Positions 11,416 through 24,506 of a DNA stretch of 64,000 nucleotides are shown piece by piece (positions within the stretch are counted from its first letter, which is position 1; each line of letters begins with the position of its first letter). Source of the DNA: Chloroflexota bacterium (GTDB lineage: Bacteria; Chloroflexota; Anaerolineae; JAAEKA01); the NCBI GenBank assembly GCA_029558955.1, contig JAKQCW010000124.1, positions 598 to 64,597 of the forward strand, given 5' to 3'. Made by a program: the position numbers and the translations under genes. Below the pieces are notes generated by a model. That model saw nothing but the letters and a program-made list of their open reading frames with translations. It was not told the origin of the DNA and did no database searches.

Positions 11416-11678
11416 TCGGCGGCGCCTTGACCCGGTACGCAGCCGAAGGCGTCGAAACGCATCTGGTTTGCGCCACACGCGGCGAGCGCGGCTGGCCCGG
11501 CCCGGAGACCGACAACCCGGGGCTGGCAGCGCTGGGCCGTCTGCGTGAGAGCCCCTTGCTGGACCTGCCGGCTGAGACCCATCGGCGCCTGCTGGGCCGC
11601 GGCTCATTCGTGCGCGTCTTCAGCCTGGTCAACGGCGGACGTGCCGTGGAACATGACTTGTTCGCCGGTTTGAGATAG
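11409..11678 (+). pseudogene. Possible 5'-truncated PIG-L/LmbE-family deacetylase fragment (…CGIGGALTRYAAEGVETHLVCATRGERG…), with the repeat block abutting its 5' end.
   Basis: The GG(A/T)L..Y...G..V.(L/V)V..T.GE.G pattern resembles the LmbE N-terminal motif, but the fragment is only ~90 aa before the stop. The HPDDE portion is missing or replaced by repeat sequence. Confidence 0.3.
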
Positions 11679-11844
11679 CGCCAGCGCCGCCCCTTGCCCA
11701 CCATGACCCTCCATTCATCGGAAGGTCGGGTGCAGCCCTCTGGGCGCCTGCTTGGTGATGTGCTTGGTCTGGTTTGACGGAATTGGCCAAACACAGCATA
11801 ATTGGGGCCTATCCATCCGCACTCGAAAGGAGTCTCATCAATCC

Positions 11845-12330
11845 ATGAGCAAGTCCGCTTCGCAGCGCAAGCCGGCGCCGCGCAAGACCGTTCCGCAACA
11901 ACCTGACACCTCAACCGGCAAGAAAGGCGGCTCAGGCCAGAGCCAGTCCAACAAGAACAAGCAGGGCAAGGGCCAGCCAGCCGTCAAGCAGCGCACCACT
12001 CTGTTGACCATCGTCCTGGCGCTGGTCAGCATCGGCGCCGTGGTAGACGCCATCGTGCCGCTGCTCTATCGACGAGAGACCTATGAGATTTCCCATCCAA
12101 TGGTCTTGGGCGGCGCGATCCTGGTGGGCCTGTTGGGCGTCGCCGGGGTTGTCGGTCTGTGGCTCTGGAAGCGCTGGGGGCTTTATCTCTTCGTGGCCAG
12201 CGTCGTGGGCAGCATCGCCGTCGGCCTGATGATCTATCCGTCCATGGTGGTGGCCTTCCACGCCGTCATCCCGCTGCTGATCCTGGGCTATGGTCTGACC
12301 AAAGACAATGCCCTGGCGCACTTCGAGTAG
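11845..12330 (+). CDS. Small membrane protein with a Lys/Gln/Ser-rich N-terminus and 3-4 predicted transmembrane helices (hypothetical).
   Basis: ATG at 11845 is preceded by an AAAGGAG ribosome-binding site. Hydrophobic segments follow the basic N-terminus. Confidence 0.6.
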   Translation: MSKSASQRKPAPRKTVPQQPDTSTGKKGGSGQSQSNKNKQGKGQPAVKQRTTLLTIVLALVSIGAVVDAIVPLLYRRETYEISHPMVLGGAILVGLLGVAGVVGLWLWKRWGLYLFVASVVGSIAVGLMIYPSMVVAFHAVIPLLILGYGLTKDNALAHFE

Positions 12331-12362
12331 AGGCGCCATTCCGCGATCCAAGCAATCTGAAC

Positions 12363-12391
12363 AAGCCCCGCAACGGGGCTTGTTTTTTTTT
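12363..12391 (+). terminator. Rho-independent terminator (aagccccgcaacggggctt followed by a T9 run).
   Basis: Perfect 8-bp GC-rich stem followed by ttttttttt, directly downstream of the 11845..12330 CDS. Confidence 0.75.
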
Positions 12392-12508
12392 GCAGAAATG
12401 CACCGTTGCTGCGCAAAAATGGGGTGTCGCATCTCACACGGCTTCCCTTGAATTGGAACCCTTGCTCAGGAGAATCTCATCCGTTGCGCCGGGAGCGCCG
12501 TCGCGACC

Positions 12509-12538
12509 TTGACGCCGTCCGGTTTGCCATGTAGAATA
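12509..12538 (+). promoter_or_regulatory. Candidate promoter: -35 TTGACG, 18-bp spacer, -10 TAGAAT.
   Basis: cttgacgccgtccggtttgccatgtagaat lies upstream of the RHH-like ORF at 12572. Confidence 0.35.
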
Positions 12539-12571
12539 CAGGCACCGACATCTGTGCTCAAGGACTGTGCC

Positions 12572-12697
12572 ATGGCTGCTGCATCACCCCCTGTTCGTAT
12601 CAACCTGGTGCTGCCGGCCGACGTTGCCAAGACCCTGTGAGAGGTCGTGCCATCGCGCAAGCGAGCCCGCTTCATTGGCGAGGCCATCGAACATTAG
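12572..12697 (+). pseudogene. Ribbon-helix-helix (CopG/antitoxin-like) small gene interrupted by an in-frame TGA: MAAASPPVRINLVLPADVAKTL*EVVPSRKRARFIGEAIEH*.
   Basis: The INLVLP….R..I.EAI pattern is typical of RHH antitoxins. The TGA at 12638-12640 is in frame. An AAGGA ribosome-binding site lies upstream. Confidence 0.45.
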
Positions 12698-12791
12698 TTG
12701 AGACGCGTCCAGTTGGAGGCTGCCCTGAAAGCCAGCGCGGGCGCATGGCAGGATGCCGATCACCCGGTCACAACTCAATGGAGGTTTCAAG

Positions 12792-14639
12792 ATGACAAAA
12801 CCACAATCTCGGCGTTGGACAGTCTCTCTGGTGCTCCTGCTGCTGACCAGCCTGCTGGCCGGCTGTGTTGGCCTCTCGCAGGAGTTGACGCCCCCTGAGA
12901 CTCCGGTCCCCACCCCTGAGGAAACTCAGGCAGTTGGCATGGCCAACCCGGCCTCGGTTCATTGCCAGGAGCAGGGCGGCGTGCTGGAGATCCGCACCGG
13001 CGCCGACGGCGGCCAGTACGGCGTCTGCCTCTTTGCCGATGGCAGCGAGTGTGATGAATGGGCCTTCTATCGCGGCGCGTGCCAGCCGGGCGGCCAGGCC
13101 ATCCCGACGCCCACGCTCCCCGGCGCGTTGGCGCCTGAGGCGGAAATCGGCGAGATTCTGGCCCAGATCCAGTTGCCCGCCGACGCATATTCGGGCGAGC
13201 CTGCTCTGCTGCCGCTGTCTGTCCCGGAGGGCAGCCCGCCGCTGTGGGCCCTGTACAGCACCGGTATGCGCAACTTCGAGCTTGATCCGGTTCCCTCGCA
13301 CTTCCTGGCGCTCTTCACCCGCAACGATGCAGGTTGGCAGGAAGTCGCGCGCATCGATCTCGACGCCGAACCCACCGACGACACGCTGTTGATGGCCCCG
13401 ATGCCCGATTTCATCGCCCCGGAAGGCGTGCAGCAGGTATCCATCGATGGCGATCACATCTGGCTGACGGTGGACGGCGGCGTGGGCGCGCACAGCGGCG
13501 TCTTCCAACTGCTGAGCTTCGACGGCCAGGCGCTGACCCTGGCGCTGGCCAGCTCAGCCGCCAGCCCCGGCGCCGGCTACGTCGCCGACGTCAATCAGGA
13601 TGGCCAGAACGATGTGGTGTTCAACGCCACCGATCCTTACATCTTCTGCTACGCCTGCGGCGTGCGCCATCCCTATTTCCAGGTTCACACCTGGCTGGGC
13701 GATGCCCTGGTTCCGGTGGAGATCTCCGGCCTGCTGATGGGGCAGCGGGGCACGCCGCCGGACGAGGCCAACAGCCAGGCGGTGGCGCTGGCTGAGGCGG
13801 GGCTCTGGCCCGAGGCATTGGCCAAGATCGACGAGGCGGTGGCGCTGGCCGGCGACGACGACCCGGCCGCCGCGGCCGGCACGCTGCGCTGGAACCAAGC
13901 GCTGATTCGCCTCAACCACGACGCGCTGTTGGGCGCGGCCGGCGAAAGCGCCTACCCGCTGCTGAGCCAGGTCTTCTATGGCGACTACGCCGCGGCCGTG
14001 GATCTGATGCGCGCCGTCAGCGCCGAAGAGATCTTCAGCCCCGACACGCCGCTGGTGACCGGCACAGCCGCCGAGGGGTGGCAGCCTGAGCTGAGCAGCT
14101 ATCTGCTGAGCAGCACCGAGGCGGCGCTGGCCCTCCAGCCTGAGCTGGCCCCGGCCTGGTTCGTGAGCGCCTGGGGGCGTTACCTGGCTGATCCCGCTGA
14201 TCCACGCGTCATCATCGACGTCGCCCGCGCGGCCGAGCTGGCGCCGGAGGATGCGCTCTACAGCGCGGCCGTGGCCGCCCTGCCGGAGCTTCCCCCGCCG
14301 ACGGCCCAGGCCAGCCAGGAGCCGGCCGTGCGCATCCGCTTTGCGGCCGGCGGCACATCGGCCGCCGTGCCGGGCAACATCGGCCCCGGCCAGGTGCGCC
14401 AGTATGTGCTGGGCGCGGCCGAGGGTCAGACCATGACCGTCAGCGTGGCCTCCCCCAACAACGATGTGGCTCTGGCCATCTGGGGCGCGGATGGCGTCGT
14501 GCTGCTCAGCGACCATGCCGGCGCAACCGAGTGGCAGGGCGTTCTGCCCGCCACACAGGACTACTTCATCGGTCTGTCCGGCGCCGCCGAGCCGACGCTC
14601 TACCGGCTGACCGTGTCGATCCCCCCCGCCAGCGAGTGA
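12792..14639 (+). CDS. Lipoprotein with an N-terminal DUF333-like (putative hemolysin) domain and a large domain of unknown function.
   Basis: Signal peptide plus LLAGC lipobox. The MANPASVHCQEQGGVLEIRTGADGGQYGVCLFADGSECDEWAFYRGAC segment matches the DUF333 pattern. A GGAGG ribosome-binding site is present. Confidence 0.7.
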   Translation: MTKPQSRRWTVSLVLLLLTSLLAGCVGLSQELTPPETPVPTPEETQAVGMANPASVHCQEQGGVLEIRTGADGGQYGVCLFADGSECDEWAFYRGACQPGGQAIPTPTLPGALAPEAEIGEILAQIQLPADAYSGEPALLPLSVPEGSPPLWALYSTGMRNFELDPVPSHFLALFTRNDAGWQEVARIDLDAEPTDDTLLMAPMPDFIAPEGVQQVSIDGDHIWLTVDGGVGAHSGVFQLLSFDGQALTLALASSAASPGAGYVADVNQDGQNDVVFNATDPYIFCYACGVRHPYFQVHTWLGDALVPVEISGLLMGQRGTPPDEANSQAVALAEAGLWPEALAKIDEAVALAGDDDPAAAAGTLRWNQALIRLNHDALLGAAGESAYPLLSQVFYGDYAAAVDLMRAVSAEEIFSPDTPLVTGTAAEGWQPELSSYLLSSTEAALALQPELAPAWFVSAWGRYLADPADPRVIIDVARAAELAPEDALYSAAVAALPELPPPTAQASQEPAVRIRFAAGGTSAAVPGNIGPGQVRQYVLGAAEGQTMTVSVASPNNDVALAIWGADGVVLLSDHAGATEWQGVLPATQDYFIGLSGAAEPTLYRLTVSIPPASE

Positions 14640-14651
14640 AATGTGGACAAT

Positions 14652-14694
14652 GATGGGTGACTCGGCATCAGCGATGCGTCACGAGTCACCCATC
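14652..14694. terminator. 13-bp inverted repeat (gatgggtgactcg…cgagtcacccatc) between convergent genes. It overlaps the 3' end of ribF.
   Basis: Read from the sequence. No strong T-run follows, so it is a hairpin only. Confidence 0.35.
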
Positions 14695-15623
14695 AACAGC
14701 TCCCGCGCGGCCGCCGCGTCCTGACGAATCTGCGCAGATAGCGCCTCGATGTTGGGGAAGCGTTGCTCCGGCCGCAGCCGGGCGACGAATTGCAGCGTCG
14801 CCGGCCGGCCATAGAGGTCGCCGTCGAAATCCAGCAGGTGGGCCTCCACCGTGCGCGGGCCATTGTCGAAGCTGGGGCGCACCCCCACGTTGGTGACGCC
14901 AGGCAGCCATGCCCCGTGTCGCGGCAAGTCGTCATCCAGCCGCATCCAGGTGGCGTAGACGCCGTTGGCCGGCAGCAGGCGCCCCTCGGGCACTGCCAGG
15001 TTCGCGGTGGGAAAGCCCAGCAGATGGCCGCGCTGCGCGCCCTTGACCACTTCGCCGCTCACCTGGTAGAGACGGCCCAGTTGCCGGCCGGCCGCCTGGA
15101 CATCCCCCTCCGCCAGATAGCTGCGAATGCGGCCGCTGCGCACCTCTTCCCCGCCCAGCAGTTGCGGCTCGATGGTGTGTACCTGGTAGCCCAGCTCCTG
15201 GCCGATGGCGCGCAGGGCCGGCACGTCCCCCTCGCGGTTGCGACCCAAGGCGAAGTCTGGCCCCACCCAGAGCGCGGCCATCTGCACCCGCCGCCGCACC
15301 TGGCCGATGAACTCAGCGGCCGGCATGCGGGCCGTCTCCAGGCTGAACGGATAGACCACGGCGAAGTCCAGCGCCAGCTCAGCGAACACCTCCAGCCGTT
15401 CCGGCATGGTGGTCAGGTAGGAATGAACCCGGTCTGGGCGCAGCAGGGCCGCCGGGTGGGGATCGAAGGTCAGCACGCCGGCCTGGCGGCCATGGCGGCG
15501 CGCGTCCTCGCGCATGGCAGCCAGCAGCGCCTGATGGCCGCGGTGGACGCCGTCGAAATTGCCGATGGCCAGGTTGCAGGGTGTGGTCAGCGGTGGGTCG
15601 GGCAGGGCGTAGAAGGTGTTCAT
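14679..15623 (-). CDS. ribF: Bifunctional riboflavin kinase / FMN adenylyltransferase
   Basis: 314 aa with the N-terminal motif GNFDGVHRGHQ. Its start overlaps the truB stop as ATGA. Confidence 0.9.
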   Translation of the reverse strand: MNTFYALPDPPLTTPCNLAIGNFDGVHRGHQALLAAMREDARRHGRQAGVLTFDPHPAALLRPDRVHSYLTTMPERLEVFAELALDFAVVYPFSLETARMPAAEFIGQVRRRVQMAALWVGPDFALGRNREGDVPALRAIGQELGYQVHTIEPQLLGGEEVRSGRIRSYLAEGDVQAAGRQLGRLYQVSGEVVKGAQRGHLLGFPTANLAVPEGRLLPANGVYATWMRLDDDLPRHGAWLPGVTNVGVRPSFDNGPRTVEAHLLDFDGDLYGRPATLQFVARLRPEQRFPNIEALSAQIRQDAAAARELLMGDS

Positions 15624-16585
15624 GGCGGTTCTTGGTTGGCCAATATCTTGCTGGGCCGCCAGACGCGGGCGGCAGCGTCGCCGGCGACGATGCCCAGAAA
15701 GCGGCCCTGGGGATCGTAGGCGCGCGCCGGGCCCGCCTGCAGCGGCGCGGCCGCGGCCACAGCCTGGCCATGCAGCAGCCGGCTCACCTCGGCCGCGTTC
15801 AGGGCGACGGCCGGCAGATGCGCCACGGCCGCATCGGCCGGCTGCACGGCAGCCGCCAGCGCGCCGGCCTCGGTCAGGCTCTCCAGAGCGACGGCGTTTT
15901 CGACGCTGAAGGCGCCGACGGCGGTGCGACGCAGCGCGCTCAGATGCGCGCCGCAGCCCAGCGCCTGGCCCAGGTCGTGGGCAATGGAGCGCACGTAGAC
16001 GCCGGCCCCACAGCGCACGTGCAGGCGCAGGGTCGCGCCCTCCAGGTGCAGCAGGGTCAGCTCGTAGATGGTCGCCGGCCGCGGCTCGACCTCCACCCTC
16101 TCGCCGGCGCGCGCCCGTCGATAGAGGGGCACGCCATCCCGCTTGAGCGCGGAGAAGGCCGGCGGCCGTTGCATGATCTCGCCGCGAAAGGCCTCCAGCG
16201 CCCGCTCGATCTGGTCGGCGGTCAGCGCCGGCGCGTTGTCCGCCTCGCCCGGTCGCTGAGGCGCGGCGCGGTCAGCCAGGGCGTGCCAATCGCTGAACCG
16301 GCTCACGATCTCCCCCTCGGCGTCGTAGGTGTCGGTGACCACGCCCAGCGTCACCTCGGCCAGATAGCTCTTGGGCTGGCCGGTCAGGTATTCCAGCAGG
16401 CGGGTGGCGCGGCCCAGGCAGAGCACCAACACGCCGGTGGCCATGGGGTCCAGCGTGCCGGCGTGGCCCACCTGGCGCAGGCCGGCCAGACGCCGCACCC
16501 GGGCCACCACATCGTGCGAGGTCCAGCCGGCCGGCTTGTCCACGTTCAGCACGCCGCCCAGCGGCGTCGGGTCAGCAGCGCTCAT
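15620..16585 (-). CDS. truB: tRNA pseudouridine(55) synthase
   Basis: LNVDKPAGWTSHDVV and GHAGTLDP motifs. Its start overlaps the nrnA stop as ATGA. Confidence 0.9.
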   Translation of the reverse strand: MSAADPTPLGGVLNVDKPAGWTSHDVVARVRRLAGLRQVGHAGTLDPMATGVLVLCLGRATRLLEYLTGQPKSYLAEVTLGVVTDTYDAEGEIVSRFSDWHALADRAAPQRPGEADNAPALTADQIERALEAFRGEIMQRPPAFSALKRDGVPLYRRARAGERVEVEPRPATIYELTLLHLEGATLRLHVRCGAGVYVRSIAHDLGQALGCGAHLSALRRTAVGAFSVENAVALESLTEAGALAAAVQPADAAVAHLPAVALNAAEVSRLLHGQAVAAAAPLQAGPARAYDPQGRFLGIVAGDAAARVWRPSKILANQEPP

Positions 16586-17619
16586 GCTGGCGGCTCCACG
16601 GCCGGGCTTTGCTGTGCGGGGAGGTGTTGCTGGCGTTGTTGGGCCAGCGCCAGCTTCAATGCCGCCAGCACCTGCTCGGCGGCCTGCGCCAGGGGGGGCG
16701 CCAGGGTGCAGCCGGCCGCGCGCGGGTGGCCGCCGCCGCCCAACGCCAGCGCGACCTGGGCCACGTCGAAGCCTGGGGCCGCGCGCATGCCCACGTCCAC
16801 CTGCCCATCGGCGCGCTCGGTGAGGATCAGCGCCACGTCAGCCTCTTCGGCGCCGACCATGAAGTTGGCCAGGCCGGAGTCGCTCTGTTCGATGCTGTTG
16901 CAGCGGGCGCGCATGGTCAGCGGGATCGCGGTCCAGATGATGCGCTCCTCCAGCCGCAGCTCGGCCAGGGCCTGTCCCCACAGGCAGATGGTGTCCACAT
17001 CGCGCCGCTCCAGCACCAGCTCGTTGACCGCGGCCAGCGAGGCGCCGGCCTCCATCAGCCGCTGCGCCACCCCCAACAGCGCGGGGGTGACATGGCCCAC
17101 GCGGAAGCTGCGCGTGTCGGTGACGATGCCGGTCAGCAGGCATTGAGCCGCCTGCGGGCCGATGGGCCAGTGCAGCGCCTCGGCCACGCGCCAGACCAGC
17201 TCGGCCGTGCTGCTGGCAGCCGGGTCGACGATGTTCAGCGCGCCGAAGTGGAGGTTGGTGATGTGATGGTCGATGTTGACCAGCGGCGCGTCGGCCAGCG
17301 AGGGGTCGTAGGCCTGGCCCAGTCGCGCCATGTCGCTGCAATCGAGCGCGATCACCAGCTCGTAGCCGTTGCCCCGCCGCTGTGGCTTCATGGGGTTGCG
17401 AACCAGCTCCCGCCAGCCGGGCGCGACCTGATCGGCGCGCAGCAGGGCGGGGACGCCGTCCTGGTTAGCGGCGATCACCTGATGGCCCTGCGCCTCTAGC
17501 AGCCATTTCAGCCCCAGTTGGGAGCCGATGGCGTCGCCGTCTGGGTTGACATGGCTGAGCAGCAGGATGCGCCGCGGATCGGCCAGCAGTGAGTTGAGAG
17601 CTTCGAAAGCGGAGGACAA
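16582..17619 (-). CDS. nrnA: DHH/DHHA1 phosphoesterase, a NrnA-type nanoRNase / pAp phosphatase.
   Basis: LLSHVNPDGDAIGS DHH motif. Likely TTG start at 17619 with an AAGAGG ribosome-binding site. This is the usual position in the nusA-infB operon. Confidence 0.8.
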   Translation of the reverse strand: MSSAFEALNSLLADPRRILLLSHVNPDGDAIGSQLGLKWLLEAQGHQVIAANQDGVPALLRADQVAPGWRELVRNPMKPQRRGNGYELVIALDCSDMARLGQAYDPSLADAPLVNIDHHITNLHFGALNIVDPAASSTAELVWRVAEALHWPIGPQAAQCLLTGIVTDTRSFRVGHVTPALLGVAQRLMEAGASLAAVNELVLERRDVDTICLWGQALAELRLEERIIWTAIPLTMRARCNSIEQSDSGLANFMVGAEEADVALILTERADGQVDVGMRAAPGFDVAQVALALGGGGHPRAAGCTLAPPLAQAAEQVLAALKLALAQQRQQHLPAQQSPAVEPPA

Positions 17620-17649
17620 GCGAAAACCTCTTTGAGTCGAAGTCGGGGC

Positions 17650-17835
17650 GCATGGGCTGGCTCGGTCAGGAGACCGGCCAGAGCGCGGGGCGGTGGGCTG
17701 GCTCGGTCAGGAGACCGGCTAGAGCGCGGGGCGGTGGGCTGGCTCGGTCAGGAGACCGGCCAGAGCGCGGGGCGGTGGGCTGGCTCGATCAGGAGACCGG
17801 CCAGAGCATCAAGGAGTCGAGGCTTTAGCCGGCCA
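17650..17835. repeat. Four tandem ~41-bp copies (gggctggctcggtcaggagaccggccagagcgcggggcggt) ending in ggagtcgaggctttagcc. This is repeat family A in inverted orientation.
   Basis: Read from the sequence. It lies between nrnA and rbfA. Confidence 0.85.
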
Positions 17836-18199
17836 CGCCCAACTCGACCGATGGCTCCTGGTCGGCGATCTCGTCCAACAGGTCGCTCATGCGCTGGCTT
17901 TGGATCAGCCCGTCGTCGAAGTGAAAGGCCAGTTCAGGCACATAGCGCAGCGCGGTGCGTCGCCCCAGCTCACGGCGCAGGAAGCCTTGGGCATGGCGCA
18001 GCGCAGCCAGCGTTTCTGCGCGCCCCTCCTCGCCCTCCAGACTGCTGATGTAGACGTTGGCGTGGCGCAGGTCGGGGCTGACCTGAACCCGGGTGACGCT
18101 GATCAGGGCCAGCCGCGGGTCGCGCAGGTCGAAGGTGATCAGAGTGGCCAGCTCGTGCCGGATCAATTCAGCCACACGCAGTTGTCGTCGGGTAGACAT
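17825..18199 (-). CDS. rbfA: Ribosome-binding factor A
   Basis: MSTRRQLRVAELIRHELATLI… is RbfA-like. The second ATG (18199) has an AGGGA ribosome-binding site. The ORF in the supplied track (17825..18205) starts 2 codons earlier. Confidence 0.85.
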   Translation of the reverse strand: MSTRRQLRVAELIRHELATLITFDLRDPRLALISVTRVQVSPDLRHANVYISSLEGEEGRAETLAALRHAQGFLRRELGRRTALRYVPELAFHFDDGLIQSQRMSDLLDEIADQEPSVELGVAG

Positions 18200-18214
18200 G
18201 ATCATCCCTTGTCT

Positions 18215-18335
18215 GCAAGGACTGACAGTCCTTGGTGCGCAGGACTGTCAGTCCTTGTTTGACGCAGGACTGTCAGTCCTTGTTTGGCGCAGGACTGACA
18301 GTCCTTCTGAGGACTGTCAGTCCTACAGTCCTACT
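18215..18335. repeat. Five copies of the palindromic 15-mer aggactg(a/t)cagtcct (repeat family B) between infB and rbfA.
   Basis: Read from the sequence. Each unit is self-complementary and the spacers are 8-10 nt. Confidence 0.85.
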
Positions 18336-18340
18336 CTCTG

Positions 18341-20974
<2,634 letters not shown>

Positions 20975-21289
20975 GTGATTCACCTCTCCGCACGCTGACG
21001 CGCGGCGCAAGAATTGCCACGCGCCTGGCCGGGTCCGGCGGCGTGCTCGAATAGCGCCGGCCAAAGCGGGCGGCGTTGCGGTCTGCGCAGATCTAGGGTT
21101 GTGGTGCGGACCAGATCGCAGGTGAGCACCCCCGGGGGCGTGAAGAGCGGAGAACGAAGCGGAGGGGAAGGTGGGTTAAGTCACCTAAGCGTGCATAAGC
21201 GCGCTCCTCCTTGTGTGCGTTGTCCGTCTCCACGTCCACCTGACGTGCTCGCGTGGCGCCACGCCCATGTCTGTTTCTTCCACCAAAGG

Positions 21290-21622
21290 TCAGCCTGGGA
21301 GCACCGCTTCATCATCGTCGCTCTCCAGGGCTTCGGGCAGGCTGGCTGCGAAAGTTCGCAGCACAGCCAGTTCGTCGACGGTCAAAGTCGTTTTGAGCGC
21401 CCGGTTCAAGGCCGAGCTCTTGATGGCCTTCTGCCAGCAGGGCTGGCTCTGGCAAAGATAGGCGCCCCGGCCAGCCAGCTTGCCGGTCGGATCGATCTGC
21501 ACACCCTGGTGAGCGGTGCGCACGATGCGTATCAAGGCGCGCTTGCTGTCAGTCCGCCGGCAGGCGATGCAACTGCGCTGCGGGACATGGCGTCGCCGCA
21601 CAGGCTGTTTCACTTGGGCCAC
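21290..21622 (-). CDS. YlxR/DUF448 family RNA-binding protein (nusA-infB operon)
   Basis: CIACRR…ALIRIV…GRGAYLC pattern. Probable GTG start 3 nt after the nusA stop. Confidence 0.8.
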   Translation of the reverse strand: MAQVKQPVRRRHVPQRSCIACRRTDSKRALIRIVRTAHQGVQIDPTGKLAGRGAYLCQSQPCWQKAIKSSALNRALKTTLTVDELAVLRTFAASLPEALESDDDEAVLPG

Positions 21623-21625
21623 GGA

Positions 21626-23299
<1,674 letters not shown>

Positions 23300-23513
23300 G
23301 CCTTCTGCGCACTCCTGGTGCTGAACCTGCTGCCTCCACCGAGGCGTTGTCCTGTGATGTTGATTTTGCGTTACTACATCAGGCGCCGGGCACTTTCACT
23401 CAGTAGAATCAAGTGCCTGGCGCCGATGGCTGAGCAGTTACGATTTGACGTGCAAACCGCCGCAGTCGCGGAACGACCGGCGACTCTGCGCCGCCGGAAA
23501 CTTCCCTGACAAC

Positions 23514-23545
23514 AAGAAAAGTGGGGGATGCCCACTTTTCGTGAC
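23514..23545 (-). terminator. Hairpin aagtggg-ggatg-cccactt flanked by A and T runs. Likely terminator for the 23586..24506 gene and boundary before the nusA leader.
   Basis: On the minus strand: cacgaaaagtgggcatcccccacttttcttgtt. Confidence 0.5.
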
Positions 23546-23585
23546 GGAACTTCTTCGGCTGCCGCTATTTTACCACAGCTTGCAA

Positions 23586-24506
23586 TCAGATGCCAAATGA
23601 CGCGAGATACGCTGCGCCGGTGGTGATCTCCTGGGCAGTGAAATACCAGTCCAGCTCGCAGGTGCGCACGGCCTGCGCCGGCAGGCTGGCCATGATGCGT
23701 CCAAAATCCAGCTCGCCCAGGCCTGGCAGCAGATGATCGCGCAGGCCGGCCGTGTCGTGCAGGTGTACCCCCACGATCCGCCCCGCGCAGGCCGCCAGCC
23801 ACTCCTCGTGGCGGTGAAAGCCCAGGTTGTGCAGCACCTGGACGTGCCCGCAGTCGTACCAGAAGCCCACGACGGCCGGGTCGTTTTCGTCCAACAGCAG
23901 AATCAGCTCCTCCAGGGTGGGGATCTGCCAGTGCTGCACGCGCGACTCGATGCCCAGGCGCACGCCGCGCGGCCGGGCATAGGCAGCCAGCTCCGCCAGG
24001 CTGCGTCGGGCCGCATCCAGCGCCGGCCGGGCCGCGCCGGCCCGGTCGGCCACAACCTCGGCCAGCGTCGCGGCGTAGACCGCCGTGCCAGCCTGGCCGC
24101 CCAGGAAACGTTGCGCCAGCGCCCATTCCAGGTGGCGCTGGGCGGCCGTCTCGCCCAGGTGCAGGCAGACGGCCGCGGCGCCGGCCGCCGCGGCCAGGTC
24201 GATGCTGGCATAGCCCTGCGCCACCGCCCAGGCTCGCTGGGTGTCATCGGCCGCGCTGAGCAGGGCCTCGGCCGGCGCGCCGAAGGGGGAGGGCGCGGCG
24301 GGGGCCGGGAAATGCACCGAGCGGACGGGCAGATCGGCCAGGTCGGCGCCGGCCAGCATCGCCGGCGTGACGATGTGGCTGAGCTCGATGCCGCCGAAGC
24401 CCAAGTTCAGGGCGGCCGCGGCGAAGTCGGCCACCGTGGCGAAGCGGTGCTGCATCCACATGGTGGAAAGCGCGAACGGTTGCAGGGCGGGGTGGGGGTG
24501 GGTCAT
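23586..24506 (-). CDS. Sugar phosphate isomerase/epimerase (xylose isomerase-like TIM barrel family)
   Basis: GFGGIELS…WYDCGHVQVL motifs. Its start overlaps the upstream stop as ATGA. Confidence 0.65.
   Translation of the reverse strand: MTHPHPALQPFALSTMWMQHRFATVADFAAAALNLGFGGIELSHIVTPAMLAGADLADLPVRSVHFPAPAAPSPFGAPAEALLSAADDTQRAWAVAQGYASIDLAAAAGAAAVCLHLGETAAQRHLEWALAQRFLGGQAGTAVYAATLAEVVADRAGAARPALDAARRSLAELAAYARPRGVRLGIESRVQHWQIPTLEELILLLDENDPAVVGFWYDCGHVQVLHNLGFHRHEEWLAACAGRIVGVHLHDTAGLRDHLLPGLGELDFGRIMASLPAQAVRTCELDWYFTAQEITTGAAYLASFGI

Noticed and set aside
10688-11914. ORFs spanning the composite repeat block (10688..11914 minus, 10738..11214 minus, 10849..11430 plus, 11204..11548 plus, 11215..11607 minus). 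A CRISPR array was also considered here.
   Set aside because: The peptides are just translated tandem or inverted repeats on both strands. Repeat units are contiguous with no unique spacers and no cas genes, so this is neither genes nor CRISPR.
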